The notes under the pieces were generated by a model. It ran no database searches. It worked only from the letters and a program-made list of their open reading frames with translations, and had not been told where the DNA came from. Positions 1 through 11,501 of a stretch of 64,000 nt of DNA are shown here, piece by piece. The DNA comes from Trichosphaerium sp. ATCC 40318. Taxonomy: Eukaryota; Protista; Tubulinea. The number at the start of each line of letters is the position of its first letter. Within the stretch, counting starts at the first letter, position 1. The DNA lies in assembly GCA_038496445.1 (NCBI GenBank), contig JALMLS010000520.1:209930-273929 (forward strand), given 5' to 3'. The position numbers and the translations under genes were made by a program.

Positions 1-1053
1 TTCTTGTTGATCATTTGGAAAGTGCATTAATACAGTTTCAAACACCTTGGTATACGCAGGATCATTATCAACAACAACATTTATAAATATGGTCTCAAAG
101 CCGAATGTCTGTTTGCTCATAGTTCGTGAAAAAACATTGCTTGCGTTTGACAACAAGAGGAAAACTGAAGTTTTTTGAAGATGTGCTAAGAAACAATGTT
201 AGTGTCTTTTCCTGGAACATATAGTATCACCTGCGTAAAGTAAAGGTGTCCACCCTTTGTTATCAACAGCTTCGATATCTGCTTTCGACGCAATTAACTG
301 CTCAACAACTTTGCTGTGTCCGTGCATGGCTAACAAGTGTAAGAAATAAACTAATCAAAAAGGTACAAGCCTGCTATATGTAAAGCATTTTGTCCATCGT
401 TGTTTGTAACCCCAACATCTGCTCCTGATTTTAGCAATAATTCAACAACATCAACATGACCATAGTATACTGTAAAGTGTGAGTAACATCCACTGTTTAT
501 GGCGCTGTACCTGCAACATGCAAAGGCGTAAATTGTTCTTTGTTTGCCGTATGAATATTTGCGTTGGCTTTGATCAATGAGGAAACAATAACAGTATGTC
601 CAGTGGATGCTGCAAAGCGAGTAAGCTTTTGCAACAGTTTAAAAAAACAAAACGTACCTGCAAGATGTAACGCCGTACATCCTTTGTCATTCGTAGCTTC
701 AATGTTTGCTCCTGAGAGTAAACACATTGATACAACACTAGGCATACTACGAGCTAAAATGGGTTAATACACAAAAACATCTAGAGACAAACCTGAATGC
801 AGTAGAATATCATCGGCTGTCCCCTCTTTGCTTAGCTCCTTCTTGAGTTTATTGACTACAAGCAAGCTTATGAATAAAACGAAGCTATCTTATTAACAGT
901 ACCTGTTGTAATATTCTTGTACAAGTAATGTTGTGAAAGCTTTAGTAACTCAGCCGAGAAAGCAAAATCACCACTAATCTTTGCACGTGCGGGAAACGAC
1001 CTTCGTATACTACCTATTATTACTCGCGGTTTTCCCTGGCAATGCATTGACAT
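1..1053 (-). CDS. Ankyrin-repeat protein, 5' part (continues beyond window start); tandem paralog of the ankyrin-PARP at 1734-5980
   Basis: Four ankyrin-repeat exons (about 658-753, 511-609, 371-469, 231-329; TPLH/TALH..A..GH motifs). The next exon (TMSKQTFGF..VVDNDPAY...HFPNDQQE) is nearly identical to 4070-4250 of the neighbouring copy. The catalytic end is outside the window. Confidence 0.85.
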
Positions 1054-1733
1054 GAAGACGATAATCTCAACTATGAGGTGTGGGTTCACAGCTGGCGCTT
1101 ATTAATATTACTTTTCGTACACAAGACGGTTCGCTGTAAAAACAAATTAAAAAAACAACTTCGCTTTCATGACTGCTTTAACCTGTGTCGTTGTATCTCT
1201 GAGTTTACTTTTTATTTCCCACGCGACAATAGCGCATTCTATGCGGCTATGACATTGTGGGAAGCTAATCTGCTTAAAACAGTAGCGACGAAGCCACTAT
1301 GGCGAAGACATACTAGGAACTGGTACCGAATCAGGTAATCAGTCTGAAAACCTTTGTGAATAAACTAGCGTATCACGTGATATGTGAAGGTCTGTTCGGA
1401 GCAAGCGTAGTAAATCTAAGTTCACGCCTAGGTGTTTTGGTGTTAAAGTCCGCCGGCATTTTTTTCGAACAAGCGGTTCGAAATATTGAAAACTTGGGAG
1501 CATTGGTTTGTTACGCTACGGTGCGTAGAATTAACTTGATATACTTCGCTACAACTAAGAATTTACAGACTTAGTTGTTCAAGCTAAAAGTCGTTAATAA
1601 ATCACGTGTTCATTGGACAATAATCAGCTCTCACTGCGTATTATAGTACTTTAAAGATGTGGATATACTTTAAGCTATGACTTGGTTGTATGATACAGGT
1701 TTTTACTTTACAAGCATAGCGTATCTATTTGAG

Positions 1734-4700
1734 CTACTTCATGTTACTCTCAAGACTAGCAATTCTAGCTAATAGTTTCATATTTTCTTCTTCTAGTTTA
1801 GCGATTCTATCAAGGTGCATGGCATTGCTTTTCTTCGTTTTGGCATTATCTTTCTGCAGTGTAGCATTTTTTTTCTCAAGTATTTTGTTGGCTTGTTTCA
1901 ACTCCTTCAGTTTGGCGTTTGATTCCTTAGAGATGATGTTTTCTTCCTTCATCTTTGAAACTTTTACTTTTAATGACTGATTTTGTATGCTTGGTTGGTC
2001 AACCTTGTTCAAAGTTGCCGCTGCCCATAATTGTCTTTTGCAGTATTAGTACAATCACTGATTTGTTTATATTCTTACCGTTTGGTTTTAGACTGATCAT
2101 CTTCATCAGACAACTCATCCGACAATGAACCAATGCTTTCTGATTTTGAAATATCCTTCGATTTACTCAATGCCATTTTCGCGTCTTCTAATGGGGTTTT
2201 GTTTGATTTTTGCTTTTTTTTGGTACTTTTTTTAATCAATCTCCGTTGTTTTGGTTTCTTTACAACTTTAATAACATAGCGTGCAACTGCTTGAACATCT
2301 AAATAAAAATATAAGAATCTTATTTGAGAGATCTTTAACATGGCACCTTGAGCGACAACCAACTCATCACGTGAATAGCTATCAACATTTTCTTTCACTG
2401 CTTCTCCATTGTTGTTCACCACTGCATAATGACTTTGGTATCCAGGTTTAATAGGTTTACCCACAAGGTTGTCGCTGTCTATAGGGTTTTCCGTTACCTA
2501 CAGTACTATTAACAACGTCATCACATTTAAAGTTGTGCGTACAGGATACACATTCCCAGGAGTAACCAAACTCAGAATAAGTGTTTTTTCAGTTTTTGAT
2601 GGGTCATAAGCGCAAGCGTATGTGATACTACTCTATTGTATAACTGTTAAAAAGGACTTGAAAGTAGTTGATTGCGTACTGTAAAGTAGATTCCTTGTCC
2701 ATAATATCCAGCATCCAATGAACTTACAGTTCCAAATCCAGCTTTTACAATACTTGCAGCTGCTTCAGGTGTTGTCCCATGAACCATTAGTAGTACCGGT
2801 AACTTAATAGACTAGTCAATTAACAAAGAGGTGTTACATGAATAAACATTACCTGTTCCGAATTGATTGTCTTATTGTTCAGAGATGAAAACTTCTTGGC
2901 AATACTGGCTTTTTTGGAATTCTTTTTCCACTCGTCTTTACAAAATAAAGTAGGCAGCTCCCTACAACGTAGTTAGTATTAAATGGAAAGTACATGTGAA
3001 CATACTGGTGCCTGTGTTTAAGTATTGTATTGTACATGCCAAAGTTTCGTGTCAATACATCATTGCAAACAAGATGTGCTGATACAACACTCACTTGATC
3101 ATATCCATGCATTTTTGACATTTGTTCATGAAGAAACGCTAGTTCTCTCTTCTCAACAGTACCATTGTTGTCGAAAAGGTCTAACGTTCTGTAATGCGTT
3201 GCTTTTTTAATGGTACCCCTACAAGTATGTTAAACGAGCAACAGGACACAAAAGCCGAGTACTTGTTGTTTGACCTATCCCAGTTTTGTGCATACTCCAA
3301 TCTTGAGTTCAAGTTCCATGACGTCTTACTTTGTAATCCTAACAGGGATTAGTCAACATTTCGTCTTGAAATCAAGGAGTACTGGTACCTGCTTCAACAT
3401 CATTTAATGTTTGATTCGGGGAGATAGGATGAATAGCATACTTGTTACAGTCACATTTAGAAGAACGATTAAGTTTTACCTTGTACGTGTAAGATGAAAA
3501 ACGTGTATGTTTGATTGATGTACATGTTTAGTATCAGGTTGCCGAGCGCAATAGCTACATAGGAATTTCTTAAACTGTCCGCCTATAAATATATCAGTAT
3601 TTGTATTTTTAAAACATTACACGTGTTTTAGTACTAAAGAAATATACAGACCTATGTTTTTTTCCAAAGAGTTTATACACCATTCTTGTGCACACAGTCG
3701 ATCAAGATCAGTAATACCAGTTTGTTTATTAGTAGTCCACATGCCTTCTGGTAAATCAAACAAAATACCTTCCATCAAGTCTCCTTGCTGAATCCAAAAG
3801 CTCTAAATACTCGCTTAGTTTTGAATATTGAATAAACTGTGAAAAAAGCGTACCGGAGCTTGGACAAATATGCGATTGTAAGTACAAATCAAGTTACAAA
3901 TACCTTTCTTCATTGACAGTTGAAAATAAGAACGTGTAGGCTTTTTGTAAGATTAGGTGGACACTTCAATGACTGAACAGCGTACCAAATATTGTAACCA
4001 CTTTGCAAGGTTGCATCTCCATTGTGGATTGCGTTTCATGTGAGCACATGATAGCCATATTGATCGGCTTTCTTGTTGATCATTTGGAAAGTGCAGCAAG
4101 AGAGTTTCAAACACCCTGATATAAGCAGGATCATTATCAACAACGTTCATGAATATGGTTTTAAAACCAAACGTCTGTTTGCTCATAGTTCGTGAAACGA
4201 CATTACTTTCATTGGATAATATGAGGAAAATAGAAGGTTTTTCAAGTTGCGCTAGCAACATGTTAATATAATTGTTCGAGGCGAAGATGGCTTTACCAGA
4301 GTAAAGCAAAGGCGTCCATCCTTTGTTATCAACAGCTTCTATACTTGCGTTTGATGCAATTAGCTGTTCAACAGATTTGCTGTGTCCATATATAGCTAGC
4401 ACGTGTTAGAAATAAAACTAGTTGTAAGACCTACCAGCTAGATGTAAAGGTGTACGTCCGTCGCTGTTTACAGATTCAATATTTGCCCGTGAGTTAATCA
4501 ATAATTTAACAACATCAGTGTACCCATAACGTGCTGATAAACGTGAGTTACATTGCGATTTGTATGTTAAGTAATACCTGCATTGTGTAGAGCTGTCCAG
4601 CTTTCATTATTTATGGCATCAACACTCACTCCGGATTTGATCAATAATCCAACAACATCACAGTGCCCACGACGTGCTGAGAATTATGAGTTATACATCA

Positions 4701-5980
4701 GAATTTAGAATATCAAGGTACGTACCTGAAACATGTAAAGCTGTCCACCCTTCGCTATCTACAGCGTGAACATCTGCATTTGCTTTGATCAACAATGCAA
4801 CGATATCAGCGTGTCCAAGACACGCTACGGGTGAATTACATTTATAGTACGTCCACTAAAAGTACATACCTGCTTTGTGTAACGCTGTCCATTTATCTGC
4901 ATCTACAGTATCGAGGTTCGCATTTGCTTGGACCAATTTCGCAATGACATTGGCATGTCCATGATGTGCTAAAAAGTGATGTAGGTACAAATTAACATCG
5001 GAAATCATACCTGCTTTGTGAAGTGCTGTGCACTTTTTATTGTCAGCAACATTAATATTTACATTCGCTTTGAGCAATAGCGCAACAATCTTAGTGTAAC
5101 CCTGAGATGCTAAAATGTGTCAAATAGCAAAGATGTAGAAGAAAACCCGTACCTGCGTTGTGTAAAGCAGTACATTTATGATTATCAGCAGAATGAATGT
5201 TCGCTCCTCCCTCGATTAATGATGCAACGACATTGGCATGTCCATGTTGTGCTAACACGTAAGTTATACTGTAGTCCACAACAACAACGTACCTGCGATA
5301 TGCAAGGCTGTACACCCTTCTGTATCTGCGGTATCTAAGTTTACATTTCCTTGAATCAATAACGCAACAATGTCAGTTTGTCCATGACGTGCTAAGAAGT
5401 ATGAGTTACTTACATTGTATACAGTTGACAATAACATGCCTGCTTTATGTAAAGCTGTCCATTTTTCTTTATCTACGGCATCAATATCCGCACTTGATTC
5501 AATCAATAATTCAACAATATCCGTTTGTCCGTGACGCGCTGAGAAGTGTGAGGAGGTACGCAAATACCACGATAATGTACCTGCAAGATGTAACGCTGTA
5601 CACCCTTGTGTATTTGTAGCTTCAATATTTGCGCCAGCTTGTAAACACATTGATAAAATATTATGCATGCCGCCACGTGCTAAATTGGGTTGATACACAT
5701 TAACCTCCAATAGTATTTTGTACAAACCTGAATACAGTAAAATATCATTGGCTGTCTCGTGTTTACTTAGCTTCTTCTTGAGTTTGTTGACTAATAAATT
5801 TTAAGATATTACAAAGTTATCTCATATTAACAGTACCTGTTGTAATATTCTTGTACAAGTGACGTTTTTGTAGTTTTATTATTTCAGCTACGAAATTAAA
5901 GTTAGATCTTTGCACGTGCGATAACAAACTTGTTTAACACCTTTTATTGTTCGCGGTTTTTCTTCGTCACGATTTGACAT
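1734..5980 (-). CDS. Ankyrin-repeat + PARP-type ADP-ribosyltransferase domain protein with C-terminal coiled coil (tankyrase-like architecture), about 20 introns
   Basis: Ten 99-nt ankyrin exons between 4297 and 5680. Manual translation of 2680-2800(-) gives LLMVHGTTPEAAASIVKAGFGTVSSLDAGYYGQGIYFT, then YACAY...LILSLVTPGN and RDELVVAQ|DVQAVARYVI, i.e. PARP catalytic H-Y-E motifs. Lys-rich, acidic and coiled-coil tail ends at TAG 1734. Confidence 0.85.
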
Positions 5981-6265
5981 TTCTGTTGCGGTCACGCAAG
6001 TTGATGATAAAAAATATTAAGCTTCACATTCTATTAACAAATTGTGAGGTCAAAACACTTTGAAAAATGACGGCATTGAGTACTATGAGTGGCGAAATAC
6101 TACAGCTTCACGTGTAGCACCAATATCAACACGTGTATTTCCGACTGAAACAACTGCCAGTACATCGATTACTTTTTAACCACGTGACAACAGTAGTAGG
6201 TGTTTATGTTTACGAGTGACGCTGCAAGAGCAGTGTAATTGCAGAAGAAAAATCGCAATACCTAC

Positions 6266-6419
6266 GTCGCAATTCCCTCTGACAAGATATCGCTTGTACC
6301 AGTGAGAAACGACTCGGTTTACCATGCCTCTCGGAACCAGTTCATGTACTCAATCCTCCTTTGCTACTTTAGGAGCGGCCATAAAGCTGTACACCACTTT
6401 GAGTACGTGACCGAGACAT
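6266..6419. other. Strongly self-complementary non-coding element (candidate structured RNA)
   Basis: TCATGTACTCAA (6342-6353) pairs with TTGAGTACGTGA (6399-6410), closed by TCTCGG/CCGAGA, with two internal hairpins. A separate hairpin lies at 6266-6313. No family recognised. Confidence 0.35.
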
Positions 6420-6477
6420 AGCGTAGTCAAAATGGAGTCAATTTCAAAGCAAATCACGTAGTACTGCTATCTCAACC

Positions 6478-7532
6478 ATGCTTCTTCGATTGAACGCTCG
6501 TGCCGCTATCAGACCAACTACAAGCTATGCTCAAGGTAATTAGAGTCTTATTCGCTGTATAATGATTTATTGCAGATATAAAGCGTGTACAAGTGCGCAG
6601 CTACAATTTTAGCGCCGTTTTGCGCAATGAAGGCGAAACTGAATCAAAGGCAAGAAAACCGTCTATAACCACTCCAACAGCTTCTTTATATTTTACAAAG
6701 CCAGTAGACTCCTTCAAACAAAATAACGTATTTGTAGGTCCACCCTTCCATGATTGACCCAAACACTCAAAGATTCGTCGCACAAAGAGCACTAGACGCC
6801 AGATCAAGAGTACGCTTTGTCATAACTTTACACTCTAGCGCTGGTTTTACCTCTAATACTTGCTTGTCCAGTGTGGATACCCTAATTGTCCAAACCCACG
6901 TATTGAAAAGAACACACTCCGCATTGGTGATAAATACGGTAGATTCCACGCCGGCGCGTACAAAATCAGATGGTACGTTTCTCTTACAAGCCCTTACATA
7001 CGCACCAAACAAAAAACACTCATTATTATCATTGCTTGCCTTTATACGCAAAAATACGGCTAAAACATGTCACTCAAGCACCAGGATGCGCAATTCACGC
7101 TATTAAAAGTTTTTCCTTTGCATAAACCGTTTTTATTTTTCAGTTTGTTAGCGCAACTACCTCAACCGTGAAATATACAAAGAATTATTCACGTTGCTTG
7201 CAAAATGCTATTCTGCTTGAAAAAAAACAAAACAATTCTGACACAAAAGCTCGTTTGTCTTTCTTTGTACCAATTCTACCTTCGTTATGTTCATACAATA
7301 TTATAGGTATAAACCGGACTGCAAGAAACTCATTTCAAAATTTGTAAAAGCAAGAAAACCAGAAAACATTATCAAATCTGAAGATGATGTTGAGGGCTTT
7401 GACAAACTTAATGAAGAGGACCAAGCACTCGTAAGAGAACTCATCGATAACACTCAAGATGAGAGACAAAGAAGAGAAGAACGTATGCGTGCTATGCTCG
7501 GTGAAGATATGGATGATGATGAAGACGATTAG
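6478..7532 (+). CDS. Stand-alone PARP-type zinc finger protein with putative mitochondrial presequence
   Basis: Spliced product MLLRLNARAAIRPTTSYAQ...RFVAQRALDARSR|CGYPNCPNPRIEKNTLRIG...KIRW|YKPDC...IKSEDDVEGFDKLNEEDQALVRELI matches the zf-PARP pattern (C..C..I.K..LRIG...WYH..C...l.GF..L..EDQ). N-terminus is Arg-rich and acid-free; C-terminus is acidic. Confidence 0.75.
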
Positions 7533-7742
7533 ATGTGTAATAAAGAGAAAAAAAAAATATAATAAGCGACACATTCAGTTAAAAAACAAAAAACCATCAA
7601 AAAAAAAAGTTGTGTAAATCAGCCTGAGTTCACATGTTGAAACAGCCAATAAACAAGCTATGTACTACAGAGTATTAGAGTGCTTGTGACGTTACAATAC
7701 TCGATTCTTTTAAGCAAATGAGTCACAAGTAAAAGAGCATCA

Positions 7743-8897
7743 CTACGCGTTTACATCGCCAAGCCAATACGTTTCTTCGGTCATAGCAGGATTTAGAAGG
7801 CGCTGACGGTTGAAAAACATTTTTATTTGGTTGAATAATTCTACAAAAGTGCTACATTTCACTTGTTACTCCTCGTCCTCGTACAGATTTAAACTATATA
7901 TGTATACCAGTTATTTATTTAATATGCTGCTGTGCCAGCATTTCCTCTCTTTCTAATAGGGCGAACAATGTCATCCGATACAAATTCAACCTTGACAGGT
8001 TGAGACATGACGCGTCTAAACGATGTTAACACGAAGAATACAGGACAGAAAAAAGTAAAACATACTCCTCTTGAACTGTAACAACAGCTGGTACTGGTTC
8101 ATCATTGTAAATAGGTTCTTGAGTTCCGAAGAAGCTATTAAGAGAAAAACAGTGAGAAAGGGACAATACAGCAAAGATCTTTTTTTTTATGGCTGCTGGG
8201 CCTTGAACGTACCTGTGTGTTAGGGCAGTGTGCATTCTTGAGCGAGTATGCACTGGTAGCTCGAATCTTTGAACATTTGCGTTTTTAACGACAGTAGATA
8301 AGATGTGTGGCATTTTGACAGTATTCGTTGTGGCAGTAGAGACAGCACTTGTAGGCGCAACATCATCTATTGGCGCAGCGACGGCGTTTGTAGGTACAAT
8401 ACTGCTTGTCGGTACATCTGTAGCTAATGAGGCTGAAGTAATGGCTTCGTAAACTTTTACTTCGTCAATGGGAACGCTCTATGGTAAGTATAAGCGCAAG
8501 AAACTAAAAGAAACAGAATTACGGCGGTTATTAGTTTTTAACACTTTCCTTTTTGCTATCTACTTTTAATAGTGGCGTTGTCTTGTGGACAGTCTTGTAT
8601 ACTACTTCTGAATTGCTTTAAGAGACGTGAGTAGGAATGTTCATGTAATAAGTAACGAACCTTTTATTGGAGCGTACGTAAGAGTGTGCGTCTCTGAATT
8701 GTAATTGTAATTGTACATTGTACTCTTCTAATTCGTCCAATCCAAGAGAAATAGCAGCCGTAGCAAAAATAAAAGGTATGCTTCTATTAACAAAGTAGAG
8801 ACCTGAGAGTAAGTGTTATTTTAGCTTTCGTTTGTTTTAAATAATCAAATTCTAACCTGAAAGCCTTGAAGCAGCACCACGAACTACAAGCGACATT
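7743..8897 (-). CDS. Hypothetical protein, multi-exon
   Basis: ATG at 8897 (MSLVVRGAASRLS|GLYFVNRSIPFIFATAAISLG...), GT-AG bounded coding-like exons including a Pro/Thr/Ala-rich block, stop at 7743. No family recognised; internal splicing not fully resolved. Confidence 0.55.
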
Positions 8898-10327
8898 CAC
8901 GAACAGTGGTAACTTATTTTGTTATTTATTGCTATCTCCTTTAAATATATGTGCGCGAAGTGAGTAGTACGACGCTTGTTTACACTTGATTATAATAATG
9001 CTCTAAAAAGCGCAAGAAAACGGATTTCGCAAATCGGAGAAAATACTGCGTAAAAAACTTTTTGTTGTGTTTGTGGCAATGATCATTTATTACTCACAGA
9101 ACGGAGGCACATTTAAACCCAATGTGGCGCATTTTGAGATGCTGGCAAATTGGTTCTAACCCTGTCATCACCTTGTACAGTGATGTATGACATAACCAGC
9201 AAACTGCGCTAACACTGTATCTTGAGCATCAATAGAGACCGACCATCTTGTCGTAGCTTTTTAAATCTGGCAAGTCCTAAAAACCATCGCATCGCCCACG
9301 TTTCTTATATGGAGCAACTAGTGCTCGCCCTCAGTAAAGTAAAGTACTGTTGTGGTAGTGTTGTTTTTATGTTGAGATCCTCAAGGCGCTGAGTGAGCTA
9401 GCTGTTGTCTATTCTTTCTTGTAGTTACAATTAAACGTGTTTTTTGGACCCTCATGCGATTAAACAGAGCCACGAAGTGTCTAGAACCATATCAGCAAGT
9501 GTTATAATGGAGTTCAGTAGTTCTATGAAACATTGAGGTAAACACCAACGATGTTTGTTTATAACTATGAAAAGCAGCGTACTGTATGTATAAATGGCCT
9601 TCATAGAGCCCAGCTCTATCATTAATAGAGGACCTTACCTGAGGGCAACTTAGGAAGTAATCACATCACTTCGTCTTGCAGTGACCTTACGGGCTTACAA
9701 AGTGTAAGGTTGCGAGAACATGGAAGTTTCAAAAAAATATGCTTATTTACCTGAAGTTTATGACGTATGTCAATCGCCAAAAGCACTTGTGGGGCGCACC
9801 CATTGACTCACAACGCGTGATGTATGCGCAAGCGAATCGGTGCGTCTACTGCCCGTTCACCAACGTGCGCAATCATGGCGAGTTTTTGAAGCCATCTCAA
9901 CGGGTTAGTGACTGCGTTGCCTTGCTTATCAATAGCGGCTTGTTTACGCTGTCCGATTGGATCACAGTGTCAGCGTACAATTAATTGGTTACTATCACCT
10001 ACGGTACCGTAGTAGCTCTACACCGTAAAAGAGGCGCAAAAGCGGTTGTTTGAGTAATGTTAACAATTACTGCCAAATGTACTGCATTGTGTCGCGTTGT
10101 CTAGTAACTGAGTAGCAGCGCTTATTTTCAACGCTTGATGCCATGTTAACATCTAAACCTCAGAAAATAGCGCTTTGAGTATACGTCTGCGCAACGTTAC
10201 TAATCCAACACAAATAGGACGCACTCACCAAAGATATGCAGGTATTACTTATTTTGACTAACTGTTTTTTGCGGCGTTTTTCTCGGACTGTACATTCTAA
10301 CCTAGTCTTAGACAAGCTACAACAACA

Positions 10328-11306
10328 ATGGTATCCCTCTTTTACCTTTTCCCAATACCCCATTAGCGCAAATTCGCTCATTTATACTGTTTCCTGCCCG
10401 ATTTCCGATGTTTTTAGCCACTCACACACATCTAGGGTAGAACAGGTAAAGCCGCACCAAAAGCAAACCCACACGCCCGTAAAAAGGTTCCAAAGCGTCT
10501 TAAACTTCGACGTGGAAAATCCCACGGTGGTGGTCGTATCGGTATGTATTAATGCGAATTACGTGCGATACGATGTATTTACAAGCTCAATAGGTAAAAA
10601 CAGACGTCACCCTGGTGGTCGTGGTATGGCTGGTGGTCAACACCACTTGAGAACATGGGTGGACAAATAGTAAGTGATCTAGATGCTTGTTACGCAATTA
10701 TTCTCGATTTTTTGTTTTTCTTGTATCAAAGTCGTTAGCGCGAAATTATGCATGGCCGTATCTAAACGCTGCTTAGCCATCCAGGTTACTTCGGTAAATT
10801 GGGTATGCGTAACTTCCACTGGAGAAAGAACACCAAATTTGCTCCAAGTGTCAACATAAACCAACTGTGGAACAAATACGGTATGGAAAAGATGGAGGCT
10901 TTGTACACAGAAAACAAAGGCAAACCTGTCGCTGAACAAAAAGCCGCTATCATTGATGTTACACAATGGGTAAGCTCGTTTTTAAATACTAGAAAATAGA
11001 AAACAAGAGTGATAGAGCGCAAACAACGAAGCAATTTAAAAAAAAAACGACAAAAAAGCCTAAACGCTTCGTATTTGTTTTCTTTCTTTACTCGCCTCTA
11101 CAAAATTTTATTTGTATAATTTTGACGCTGTCCGCACGATAAATAATATAGTTTCTTTATTGACGCGTTTATTGTAGGGATACGCCAAAGTTACTGGTAC
11201 TGGATCTCTCCCAGATGTCCCTATGATAGTTCTTGCCAAAGATTTCTCTGAAGGCGCTGTCCGCAAGATCAAAGAAAAAGGTGGTGCTTGTCTGCTTACC
11301 TGCTAA
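10328..11306 (+). CDS. RPL27A: 60S ribosomal protein L27a (uL15)
   Basis: SHGGGRIG|[24 protein letters not shown]|[15 protein letters not shown]...[12 protein letters not shown]...[11 protein letters not shown]; 4 introns. Confidence 0.97.
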
Positions 11307-11501
11307 TTTTTTTTGATTTCAAAATCAAACTTGTGAAAATAAAAAAAATCCACTACAAACCGCCGTAATGTAAATATTGTAAATGATTCATACAGAGAAC
11401 TTGTGTCATGAAATGAAAGAATTTGTTTGAAAACGAAGAAATCGGACAAAAATCCGCGCGTCATTGTTTGGCGTTGACATTTGTACCTGTCAATTATTGT
11501 A

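Noticed and set aside
9638-9670. AGGGCAACT and ACATCA recall U11 snRNA; CTTACCTG recalls U1
   Set aside because: No correct 5' end and no Sm site; the matches are too short.
10331-10434. RPL27A intron 1 begins GTATCCCT, close to the U12-type donor GTATCCTT
   Set aside because: One mismatch and no TCCTTAAC branch site near the acceptor; treated as U2-type.
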